Shown here piece by piece: positions 15,999 through 25,700 of a DNA stretch of 41,822 nt. A model generated the notes under the pieces. It saw nothing but the letters and a program-made list of their open reading frames with translations, had not been told where the DNA came from and did no database searches. The stretch's first letter is position 1, and every line of letters starts with the position of its first letter. The DNA is from a virus. Made by a program: the position numbers and the translations under genes. Location of the stretch: the IMG/VR virus record IMGVR_UViG_3300038682_000017. The stretch is one strand, 5' to 3'.

Positions 15999-16430
15999 AT
16001 GATCTTATCTAAACAACAATTGTTCTCGGATGACCAGGCGATTACAGCAACTGCTGTATCAACTAATGTCATTGACCTCGGTGAAGCTGGTACACCATAC
16101 GGTGCTGTAGCAGCGTTGAATCAGGACGTTGGTAAAGGTAACAAAGTTCCATTCTTGGCACAGGTTACTGAAGACTTTAACAATGCTACTTCTGTTGAAG
16201 TTGCCATCGAAACCGGTGCAACAACTTCACTGGGTACTGTCATCCTGAGTGAAACCATTCTGCTTGCTGACCTTGTGGCTGGTAAACAGACTGTGTTTGA
16301 AGTGCTACCTAATCAGTTGACTGAACGCTACCTTGGTGTTCGTTACACTGTGGTGGGTACTGCACCGACTACCGGTAAGTTTACTTCTGGTATCACTATG
16401 GGTAACCAGACTAATATCACTGGTGCTTAA
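15999..16430 (+). CDS. Capsid decoration/cement protein (Bbp16-like).
   Basis: 143 aa directly after the MCP. The pattern SDDQAITATAVSTNVIDLG...LTERYLGVRYTVVG...G resembles the BPP-1 Bbp16 cement-protein family as I remember it. Confidence 0.55.
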   Translation: MILSKQQLFSDDQAITATAVSTNVIDLGEAGTPYGAVAALNQDVGKGNKVPFLAQVTEDFNNATSVEVAIETGATTSLGTVILSETILLADLVAGKQTVFEVLPNQLTERYLGVRYTVVGTAPTTGKFTSGITMGNQTNITGA

Positions 16431-16437
16431 TTGAGTC

Positions 16438-16462
16438 GGGGACTTCGTGTCCCCAATTCTTT
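16438..16462 (+). terminator. Probable rho-independent terminator after the capsid/decoration genes.
   Basis: Stem GGGGAC / GTCCCC with a 5-nt loop, followed by AATTCTTT. The T tract is weak. Confidence 0.5.
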
Positions 16463-16482
16463 AGCTAACTTGGAGAATTGAC

Positions 16483-16788
16483 ATGCCTAGTTATAAAGTT
16501 ATTGAGAAAGGTTTTTACGGTGGTCGCATTTACGATCCTCATGGTAAGCGTCGTGTACTGCATACTGATAAACCGTTCCCTAAAAAGAACAACAAGGAAC
16601 AAGTACCGTCGTGGCTTGAACCTATCACTAATACTGAAACTGCTGCTGAAAAGAAGAAGCGTGAAGCTGCTGAGAAGAAAGCTGCTAAAGCTGCTGCTGA
16701 CAAAGCAGAGCAGGATCAGAAAGATATTGCTGATGCTTCATTCATGGGTGAAGGTGAAAAAGCATCAAGTGCAGTTGAAACACTGTAG
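16483..16788 (+). CDS. Hypothetical Lys/Ala/Glu-rich protein (101 aa).
   Basis: GGAG lies 7 nt upstream of ATG 16483. I chose it over the overlapping frame 16478-16816, which has an implausible composition. Confidence 0.6.
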   Translation: MPSYKVIEKGFYGGRIYDPHGKRRVLHTDKPFPKKNNKEQVPSWLEPITNTETAAEKKKREAAEKKAAKAAADKAEQDQKDIADASFMGEGEKASSAVETL

Positions 16789-16797
16789 AGGTGCACC

Positions 16798-17109
16798 ATG
16801 CCTGATGATCAAGTAAAGATTAAGAAACAATCACATGAATCTGATGGCATGGTTTGCTGTTCAGATGGTGAACACTATCCGTATGGTACAAGTCTCAGCT
16901 TTGACAAAGACATGATTGATCAGCTCGGTGCTGAAAACTTAGCCGTTGGTGACATTGTTGAAGTTCGTGGTTTTGCCTTTGTAGACCGTAAATCTGAACA
17001 CAGCAGCACTGAACACTCTGATAAAAATATTGGTATTCAATTCACCAGTATTAAACTGCAACGTGAAACAGGTGATCGAGCTGAACAGCTTTATGGTCCT
17101 AATTCATAA
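16798..17109 (+). CDS. Hypothetical small structural-module protein (103 aa).
   Basis: GAGGTG SD. The segment EHYPYGTSLSFDKDMIDQLG...AVGDIVEVRGFAFV recalls small head-associated proteins of podophages, but the recollection is weak. Confidence 0.55.
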   Translation: MPDDQVKIKKQSHESDGMVCCSDGEHYPYGTSLSFDKDMIDQLGAENLAVGDIVEVRGFAFVDRKSEHSSTEHSDKNIGIQFTSIKLQRETGDRAEQLYGPNS

Positions 17110-17121
17110 TGAGGTGACCAC

Positions 17122-17778
17122 ATGGCTTCTGAAGTTGAAATCTGTAACCTGGCACTGAGTAACATTCGTGCAGGTAGCATTAACTCATTAAATGAGAGTA
17201 GCTTACAGGCTCAGGTCTGTAAGCTGAAATACCCTATTCTTCGTGACCGTTGTCTGCGTGAAATACCGTGGCAATTCAACCGTAAAATTAGAGCATTAGC
17301 ATCTGTTACCACTGACATCTTTCAATGGTCTTATTCGTATTCATACCCTGTTGATTGTTTGAAGATACACCGTTTAGTTGGTGCTTATGAAGAACTACCT
17401 ATCGGTAGCAATGATGTGGTGTCACGGTTGTTAGATAGTCGTGTTCAATCACCAACTGATTTACGCAGACAGATACCGTATGAAGTGTTCAACTTCGATG
17501 ATAACAAGCTAATAGGCTCAAACCAGCCTGACCTGAGAATTGACTTTGCTGCTAAGGTTACTGATCCTAATTTGTTCAGTGACGACTTCATTATGGCATT
17601 GTCACACTTACTATCGTCTGAAGTTGCAATACCGATTGTCGGTGCTGAATTGGGTCGTGCATTGAGAAACGATTCACTGCAACTTTACCGTCAATATCTT
17701 GCATCAGCTATGTCTACTGACATGAATGACCAGTTCTTAAACCCTGGTGAAAGTGACTATGTGAACATTAGGAATTAA
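17122..17778 (+). CDS. Tail tubular protein A / adaptor-like (T7 gp11 position).
   Basis: 218 aa against 196 aa for T7 gp11. It sits immediately before a ~770-aa protein, as in T7. GAGGTGA SD. Confidence 0.5.
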   Translation: MASEVEICNLALSNIRAGSINSLNESSLQAQVCKLKYPILRDRCLREIPWQFNRKIRALASVTTDIFQWSYSYSYPVDCLKIHRLVGAYEELPIGSNDVVSRLLDSRVQSPTDLRRQIPYEVFNFDDNKLIGSNQPDLRIDFAAKVTDPNLFSDDFIMALSHLLSSEVAIPIVGAELGRALRNDSLQLYRQYLASAMSTDMNDQFLNPGESDYVNIRN

Positions 17779-17781
17779 ATT

Positions 17782-20103
17782 ATGCCACAAACTACACAAC
17801 GTAGCTTTACATCTGGTGAGATTGCGCCAGCGTTACAATCACGTGCTGATTTAATCAAATATGCTACAGGTCTGAATAAATGTGAAAACTTTTTTGTGCG
17901 TGCACAAGGCGGTGTTTACTCACGTCCTGGTTTCAAGTTCGTCGGTGAACTTGATGACTCAACTCGTAAAGGTCGTCTGATTCCTTTTAGTTTTAACACT
18001 GAACAAACTTACATTCTTGTATTCGAGCATCTGAAAGTTCGTGTGATCAAAAATGGCGGTTTCGTGTTAGCAGGTGGTGGTCCTGATATATTTGAACTTG
18101 CTACACCGTACACAGAAGAAGAGTTACCACGTTTAGGGTTCACACAGAACGCTGATGTGTTGACAATTGTTCACCCTGATCATGACCCACGTAACCTGAA
18201 TCGTTTAGCAGATGACAACTGGACATTAACTGTCATTGACTATACACCTACTGTACCTAGTCCGTCATTTAGTACAGGTTCAATCGATAAAACTATCACA
18301 GGTATCAGCAACGCAAACCCTGCTGTAGTCACTGCAACAGCTCATGGTTTTGTCACAGGTAACTTGATTTCAATCAGTGGTGTATCGGGTATGACTGAGG
18401 TCAACGGTAACTCGTATATCATCACAGTGCTGACACCTGATACATTTGAACTGAACGGTGTTGACTCAACCAGTTATGGTATTTACTCATCAGGTGGTAT
18501 AGCAAGTCGTCAGAACGGTGCTACAACTATCGGTGATGGTTTCGGTGACTTTGACAAAACGTATGCTTATGTAGTCACAGCGGTTGATGCTGCTGGTACT
18601 GAATCACTAGCGTCTGCTGAAACAAGTATCACAACTAAATCATTGTCACAGACTGGTGGTGTCCGTTTAACCTGGGACACTGTACCTGAAGCTGAGTATT
18701 ATCGTGTCTACAAAGACCCTTCACTGGGTACTGGTATTTATGGATGGATTGGTGACAGTAATAACAATTCATTTGATGATTATAACATTGCACCTATCAC
18801 CAGTGATGCACCACCACAGGATAGACAACCTTTTAATGGTGCTGACAATAAACCATCTGCTGTGACTTATTACCAACAGCGTCAAATGTTTGCTAACACG
18901 AACAATGAACCACAAGCAGTCTTCGGTACTCAAGTAAATAATTTCAATTCATTGAGAGTATCTAACCCTGCTCGTGATGATGACGCTGTGACATTTACTA
19001 TTGCAGCACGACAAGTTAACGAGATACGTCATCTATTACCACTTGATTCACTAATCATGCTGACATCTGGTGGTGAGTGGATTCTTACTGAAGGGCAGGA
19101 TCGAGTGTTGACACCTTCAACTATCGGTGTCCGTATTCAGTCATATAACGGTGCTTCAATCGTCCCACCGATAGTGATCAACAGTACAGCTTTATACCTT
19201 CAAGAAAAAGGTGCACGTCTTCGTGATTTAGGTTACGAGTTCAGTAGCGACAAATACACAGGAAGTGACTTGTCGCTGATGTCTGAACATCTTTTTGAAG
19301 GTAAACAGATCACAGCAATGGCTTATGCTGCTGAACCTTATAGTATCGTGTGGTGTGTTCGTGATGATGGTGTGTTACTGGGTTTAACTTATCAACGTGA
19401 ACACCAGGTATGGGGTTGGCATCAACATACTACTCAAGGTGAATTTGAAGATGTTGCAACTGTGACTGAAGGTGAGCGTGACGCTGTTTATGTAATTGTC
19501 AAACGCACAATCAATGGTTCAGATGTTCGATATGTTGAGCGACTTGAACCACGTGAATCAGTGAATGCTGAAGATTGTTTCTATGTTGATTCAGGTCTGA
19601 CTTACAACGGTGCACCTGCAACAGTAATCAGTGGTCTTGACCATCTTGAAGGTGAAACTGTGACTATCTTAACTGATGGTTACACTGTACCAGATCAAGT
19701 TGTATCAGGTGGTCAAATTACACTTGTGCGTGCTGCGTCAAAGGTTCATGTAGGTTTAAGTTACACACCACGTATTGAAACACTTGATATTGATACTGCT
19801 TCAGCAAGTCAGACTGTTAAAGCGCAATCTGTATCGGTGTCAAAGGTTACACTTGAGGTTGAAGGTTCTCGTGGCGGTTGGGTTGGTCCACGTAAAGATA
19901 ACAATGGTGAACCGGTAATGAGTGAAATTAAACCACGTTTCGACGATGATAATTACGATCCTATTGCACTGAAGACTTACAAAGCTGATTTATTTATTCA
20001 ACCTCAATGGTCAAAAGGTGGCGGTCTTCGTATTGAACAACGTGCACCGTTACCTATGGCTATACTTGCTGTAATACCTCAGATTGATGTAGGTGGTAAC
20101 TAA
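17782..20103 (+). CDS. Tail tubular protein B / nozzle-like (T7 gp12 position).
   Basis: 773 aa against 794 aa for T7 gp12; the call rests on synteny. The N-terminus RSFTSGEIAPALQSRADLIKY is a pattern I associate with podophage tail proteins. Confidence 0.55.
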   Translation: MPQTTQRSFTSGEIAPALQSRADLIKYATGLNKCENFFVRAQGGVYSRPGFKFVGELDDSTRKGRLIPFSFNTEQTYILVFEHLKVRVIKNGGFVLAGGGPDIFELATPYTEEELPRLGFTQNADVLTIVHPDHDPRNLNRLADDNWTLTVIDYTPTVPSPSFSTGSIDKTITGISNANPAVVTATAHGFVTGNLISISGVSGMTEVNGNSYIITVLTPDTFELNGVDSTSYGIYSSGGIASRQNGATTIGDGFGDFDKTYAYVVTAVDAAGTESLASAETSITTKSLSQTGGVRLTWDTVPEAEYYRVYKDPSLGTGIYGWIGDSNNNSFDDYNIAPITSDAPPQDRQPFNGADNKPSAVTYYQQRQMFANTNNEPQAVFGTQVNNFNSLRVSNPARDDDAVTFTIAARQVNEIRHLLPLDSLIMLTSGGEWILTEGQDRVLTPSTIGVRIQSYNGASIVPPIVINSTALYLQEKGARLRDLGYEFSSDKYTGSDLSLMSEHLFEGKQITAMAYAAEPYSIVWCVRDDGVLLGLTYQREHQVWGWHQHTTQGEFEDVATVTEGERDAVYVIVKRTINGSDVRYVERLEPRESVNAEDCFYVDSGLTYNGAPATVISGLDHLEGETVTILTDGYTVPDQVVSGGQITLVRAASKVHVGLSYTPRIETLDIDTASASQTVKAQSVSVSKVTLEVEGSRGGWVGPRKDNNGEPVMSEIKPRFDDDNYDPIALKTYKADLFIQPQWSKGGGLRIEQRAPLPMAILAVIPQIDVGGN

Positions 20104-20570
20104 TGATTGAGTTTGTAAGACCGACAGTTGAGATGGTTGAGTCCATTGCATCAGACATGCGTCAGGCTGACATTGATGAAGTGTGGGCCTCAAACCACCA
20201 CACACCTTTAGAGTCGATGATGAAAGGTTGGGAATTATCTGACTTTGCAACCGTGGCAATGTGCAACAATGAACCACTCGTGATGATTGGTCTTGTCAAA
20301 CGTGACGTGTTAACCGGTAGCGGTGTTGTGTGGATGCTTGGCGCTAATAGAGCAATGAAATACAAAAGAGAATTCTTCCGTCAAACTAAACCGGTGATCG
20401 ATGAGATGCTGACTATATGTCCACGTTTGTGTAACATGGTGCATAGTAAGAACAAGAACAGTATTGCGTGGCTTAAATGGTTAGGGTTCACAATTGAAGA
20501 ACCTATACCTCATGGTCCTGATGATGAACTGTTCCATCGATTTCATTTAGAGGGGTCAACTAATGTGTGA
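20103..20570 (+). CDS. Internal virion protein A-like (T7 gp13 position; GNAT-like fold suspected).
   Basis: 155 aa against 138 aa for T7 gp13. TAATG coupling. The C-terminal ...SIAWLKWLGFTIEE is GNAT-like. Confidence 0.45.
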   Translation: MIEFVRPTVEMVESIASDMRQADIDEVWASNHHTPLESMMKGWELSDFATVAMCNNEPLVMIGLVKRDVLTGSGVVWMLGANRAMKYKREFFRQTKPVIDEMLTICPRLCNMVHSKNKNSIAWLKWLGFTIEEPIPHGPDDELFHRFHLEGSTNV

Positions 20571-21108
20571 ACCGACTACGATAATGGCAGCAGTTGCAGT
20601 GGTATCGGCTGCATTTACTGCTGACCAACAAATTAAACAAGGTAAGTATCAGAAAAGTGTTGCTGAGTACAATGCTGCTGTTGCTGAGAATGAAGCTGAA
20701 GAAACACGTAACGCTGGTGTCGAGCAGGAGAACATTCACCGGCGAAAGGTTGCTGAACTGATGTCGAAACAGCGTGCACAACTGGGTGCAGCTAATATCG
20801 ATTTATCATCAGGTTCAGCGTTGGATTTACAACAACAAACTCAAGCAATGGGTGAAGCCGATGCACTGCGTATTCGTAGCAATTTTGAAAATCGAGCTGC
20901 ATCACTTGAAACTGGTGCTGAACTCACTCAGTCACAAGGGGAATTTGCTGAACAAGCAGGTCGTGGTGCAGCAACTGGTACATTGTTACAAGGTGCAAGC
21001 ACTGTGTTAGGTACAGGTGTGGCTGATAAATGGTTCACACCAGAAAGTGCTGCATTAGCTGGTACACCAACTAACGTGAATCAGCCTAGTGTTGGGAGTA
21101 TTGCATAA
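20563..21108 (+). CDS. Internal virion/ejection protein (T7 gp14 position).
   Basis: 181 aa against 196 aa for T7 gp14. It has an N-terminal hydrophobic helix TTIMAAVAVVSAAF followed by coiled-coil-like sequence. Confidence 0.5.
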   Translation: MCEPTTIMAAVAVVSAAFTADQQIKQGKYQKSVAEYNAAVAENEAEETRNAGVEQENIHRRKVAELMSKQRAQLGAANIDLSSGSALDLQQQTQAMGEADALRIRSNFENRAASLETGAELTQSQGEFAEQAGRGAATGTLLQGASTVLGTGVADKWFTPESAALAGTPTNVNQPSVGSIA

Positions 21109-22739
21109 TGCCTAAAGTCGCACAGTATGAAGGTAATCAGGTACTTACTCAGGTTGTTAGTCAACCACGTGCGGATGCGTCAGCAGGTAATGCTGTATTC
21201 CGTTCAAACATTCAAGCTGCTCAAGGTCTTGCTCAAGTAGCACAAGCTGGTGTTGAAGTTAAGCAGCGTATTGATACCACATCTGCTGAAGAAGCATTAG
21301 TGGCATTTGAGCGTGACAAAAACAATTTATTCTTTAATCCTGAAAACGGTTACTTCAATACACAGGGTAAGAATGCCTTTGATAACGCTACTGCTGCAAA
21401 TGATGCACTTGCAAAGCTAAAGCAGCAGTACGGTGATGGTCTGAATGAAAATGCTAAACGAATGTTTGATAAGTCAGCAGATGTTCATATTACACGTGGT
21501 CAAGCAGATATTGCGCGTCACTCAGCTAAAGGGTTGAAAGCGTGGGAAGTTGCCACTATTCGATCACAAGTAGAGAACACCGTTGAGAATGCTTCATTGT
21601 ATTGGAATCAACCTGATCAATTAGCGGTGCAAAATGCACTAGGTCGTCAAGCGGTGATTGATGCTGCTGAACTTGAAGGTATTGGTCCTGAAGCAACTGC
21701 TGAACGGTTGCAGACTTATGACTCATCTTTTGCTAAAGCAGCTATCACAGCAGCCACAGGTAATAGTGCTGCTGAAGGTCAACAGATGTTGGACAAACAT
21801 GGTGATAGATTAGAAGGACCTGATAAGCTGAAACTTGAAAAAGATATTGCAGCTAAACAAAAAGCAGAGAAAATTCAGGCTGATTCTCAACAAGCGATTC
21901 TCACCGGTACTAAACTGGTTGATACTTATGATGATCGTGAAGATATTCGTCAGGAAGTAAATAAAATTGAAGATCCTGAACTTCGTAAGAAAACAATGAC
22001 TGAAGCAATGCGTCAGTTTGAGTTGAAGAAGAAAGCTGAGAATGAAGCACAGACGGAAGCGTATGAAGCTGCTGAATCTCACATTATCAACGGTGGAAGT
22101 GCTGAAACTTATCAAGCTGAAGATCCTGAAGGTTGGGAACGTCTGACCGCTAAACAGAAACGCAGTATTGAAGAAGGTAAAGCAGTGATCACCGATTGGA
22201 ATGTTTATTCTGAATTGATGACATTACCTAAAGCTGAACTTGCTAAAGTTAACCCTAATGAACACTTCCACCAGCTTGCACCTGCTGAACGTAAATCTCT
22301 GGTGAGTGCTGTTAAAAGTGCAGGTGGTACAGGTTCATCTGCTGACAAGATTGATCATCAGATAGGTCGTACACGTAGTTCTCAGACTACTGCTGCTGTT
22401 GAACAGATACTTGGTAAGAAGAACAAGTGGAACGATGATAAGCGTAAACAAGCTGATGCTTTTTATGACCTGCTTGACGGTGAAGTTAAATTCCGTGAGC
22501 AGCAGAAAGGTGGACAGTTGAATTCCCAAGAATTTACTGATGTGTTGTCAGATTTAACAAGAGGGGTTACTATTGAGCGTAGTGCATTCGGTGTTGATTT
22601 CTTAGCACCAGATGTAGAACAAAATGTCACAGACATACCACCTGAGAACGTAAGAGTGTTGAGTAAATTCTTGCGTGATAATGGAATACCTGTAACTGCT
22701 GACAACTTGATTAAGGCTCAACGACAAGCGAGTGAATAA
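21108..22739 (+). CDS. Internal virion/core protein (T7 gp15 position).
   Basis: 543 aa, predicted mostly helical, with TAATG coupling on both sides. It lies between the gp14-like and gp16-like genes. Confidence 0.5.
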   Translation: MPKVAQYEGNQVLTQVVSQPRADASAGNAVFRSNIQAAQGLAQVAQAGVEVKQRIDTTSAEEALVAFERDKNNLFFNPENGYFNTQGKNAFDNATAANDALAKLKQQYGDGLNENAKRMFDKSADVHITRGQADIARHSAKGLKAWEVATIRSQVENTVENASLYWNQPDQLAVQNALGRQAVIDAAELEGIGPEATAERLQTYDSSFAKAAITAATGNSAAEGQQMLDKHGDRLEGPDKLKLEKDIAAKQKAEKIQADSQQAILTGTKLVDTYDDREDIRQEVNKIEDPELRKKTMTEAMRQFELKKKAENEAQTEAYEAAESHIINGGSAETYQAEDPEGWERLTAKQKRSIEEGKAVITDWNVYSELMTLPKAELAKVNPNEHFHQLAPAERKSLVSAVKSAGGTGSSADKIDHQIGRTRSSQTTAAVEQILGKKNKWNDDKRKQADAFYDLLDGEVKFREQQKGGQLNSQEFTDVLSDLTRGVTIERSAFGVDFLAPDVEQNVTDIPPENVRVLSKFLRDNGIPVTADNLIKAQRQASE

Positions 22740-25700
22740 TGCCAGATTTAGACCTTGAGAAGATTGACCTAGGTAGTTTCGGGTTAAATGAAGAAGATCA
22801 ACAACAGACACAGTTGAATGCTACTGTGTCTGAAGCGATTAAGGTTAACCCTGATCAATACATTCAAACAGTCAATCTTAGTAAGGAATCCGGTGTACCT
22901 GAATTCGCTGTACAATCTAACCCTGATCAAGTGCAACATAAACTGAAGTTGGACAAGATCAACCTCGAAGGTATGACTAAGCGTGCACCGAAGACTTCTA
23001 AATTCCTCACCGATAACCCGAACAATGCTGTCATTGCTCAAGAAGATGTTGTTGATAACCTGCTTGAAGGTATTGAAAAGACGTTTGATAACATCGGTGA
23101 AACCATCGGTATAGGTTTTGATATTCAAGGTCGTGGTCTGTTACTGGCTGGTAATGAAGCCACGACTAACCGTATTGATGATTTAATACCAGCAAGTGCT
23201 ATGCCTATCGGTATGGAATTTGAAGCGCAACGTCTATCACGTGAAATTGCTACTACCTTCGGGATTGAAACAGATGAGCAACTTGCTGAAGCTAAACAAG
23301 AATTCAGTGATAAATTAATCGGTGAAATTCAACAACTTCAGAAAGAACGTCAAGCATTAACACCTGAAGACATGAACATTGTGCAAGAAGGTGTGCGTGC
23401 AGGTGTTGAGTCACTTGCTAACATGTTACCTGGTGTTGCACTTACTGTTGCATCAGGTGGTCGTACAGCACCTTTACTATTCACCATTGGTGCACAGACA
23501 TTCTCAGGTTCATACGGTGAAGGTCGTGCTGAAGGTCTGACACCTGAAGAAGCTCGATGGTATGCTGGTATTGATGCAGCAATTGAAGTTGGTACTGAGT
23601 TGCTACCCACCGGTACACTTGAACGTATTCTCACCGGAAAAAGTACAGGTTTGAAAAAAGAAGCATTAAAGTTCATCGTACAGGAAATGGGTACTGAGCA
23701 ACTTGCTACATTAGGTCAGACACTTAACTCTTACGCTTTTGATTTAGATCAAGAACTTGCAAATGCTCAAACTGTTGAAGAGATGGTCAATATTCAGCTA
23801 CGTCGTCAAGCTGTCACTGCGATTGCAACAGTGGTAGCTGGTGGTACTCAGATAACTGCTGCAACTACTGTCAATAAAACTATTGAGAAACTTGCAGGTA
23901 CTGAGAATCAGATTGAAGCACAAGGTACTGTTGAGCAGCGTAACCTTGATAAGTTGAATGCTGATTCAGTTAACTCGAAACTACGTGAGCGTGATGTTGA
24001 GTCATTCAAGCAATTCGTGCGTGAAGCAGACGGTGAGAATGGTACAACAGTGTTCATTGACGGTGTTCAAACTGCTTTGTATTTGCAAAGTAAAACACGT
24101 GAGCAGATTGAGAATGACCCTGCACTGAAGACGCTTGATAACGCTGTGCGTGAGTCACGTCAGACGGGTGCAGATGTCGCTATACCTGTTGATGAGTTCA
24201 TGGGTGATGTTGCTGGTACTGAAGCATACACTGAGTTACGTGACCACATGACGATGAGTGCTGAGACAGTTTCACCATTCCGTCAAGAACAGCACAAGAT
24301 TGAGACTCAGGAGTATGTGAAGACTTTGCTTGATGAAGCAAATGAGAACGCATCTGAGTACGTTGAAGCGCAGGAGATTTACACACAGGTTCGTGACCAA
24401 CTGGTTGACACTGGTGTGGTGAACCCACAGAACGCTTCAACTATGGCACAGATTGTCCCTGCATGGGCTACTGCTCAGGCACGTCGTACAGGTCGCAGTG
24501 TTCAAGAAGTCTATGAGTCAGCAGGTCTGACTATTGAAGGACCACAGACCGGTGAGCTTGCACGTCTTGAAGGTGAGCAGGTGTTGACTCAGGACTTTGC
24601 TGACTATTTCAATGTTAAAAGTGAATCTCAAAGCATTGGAGCTGAGACAGGTAAATTCAATAAAGATGGTGTTTCTAAACTAGATGCTCAGTTTACACCT
24701 AATGAAAACTTTATCAGTCGTCGATATGTGAAAGCTAAAGACGGTGAGATAATTTCATTTGTTCAAGTCACCAGTACAGACGGTGGTAAAACTGCAACAA
24801 TAGCTAATGCTGCAACTAAAGATGAACACAAGCGTCAAGGTCATGCTAGTGAACTGTTAGCTGAAGCACGTAAGGATTTTGAATCCGTTGAACATTCTGA
24901 CGATTTGTCAGCAGAAGGTGCAGCATTTGCAGCAGCTACACCACAGGTATTCGAGCAATCGGTGATTGATGACCCACGTAACCTGTTCGTTGCTCACAAT
25001 ATCAGTGAAGCAGGTATCGCTGCTGCTGAAGACCTTGGTGGTCTGGCTGCACCGTCGATTGCTGTTGCTAACCTTGATGTAGGTGGTTTTGAATCTTTCG
25101 GTGAGATAACCCTACTTGCTGATCCTGAAGTCTTGAATGACCCTACCTTCAGAACATTCGACGCTGATATTTATAGTGCAAGACAACCACGTTCAGTTGA
25201 TAAGCTGGACCAGAAGAAAGTGCGTCAACTGAGTGACGATGTTGATCAAGCAAACCAGGGTACAGGGTTGCGTCCGTTCTATGAAGTTCAGGAAATAGCT
25301 GACCTTGATAAAGATAACGTATTTAACTACTGGCTCACCACGGTGGGTAAAGCACCTAAGCTGAAGAAGATTAAAGCAACACCGTTATCGAAAGCAGTTG
25401 AAGGTGTTGAGAATTTTGACTTAGCAGAAAGTGAACAACTGAAACAAGCTGTTGCTGACATCTATAAAAAGCAGATTGACACAATACTCGGTGATAACCC
25501 TACTGAAGCAGAAACTGAACTTGCAATGGATATTGCAGCAGATTGGTTCAATGTAAAAATACCTGAAGGTGTAGAACTACGCTGGTTACCAGATGAAGGT
25601 TCAAACGGTAGCTATGCTTATTTCAAAGGTGATGAACGTGTATCAGATGTTTATAGTCGTGGTAACCGTTTAATGTCTAAGCGTCTTGCTGAGAAGCGTT

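Noticed and set aside
16478-16816. Alternative 112-aa frame overlapping 16483-16788.
   Set aside because: It starts 5 nt upstream without proper SD spacing, is Leu/Lys/Arg-rich low complexity, and runs into the next gene. The 16483 frame has GGAG at the right distance.
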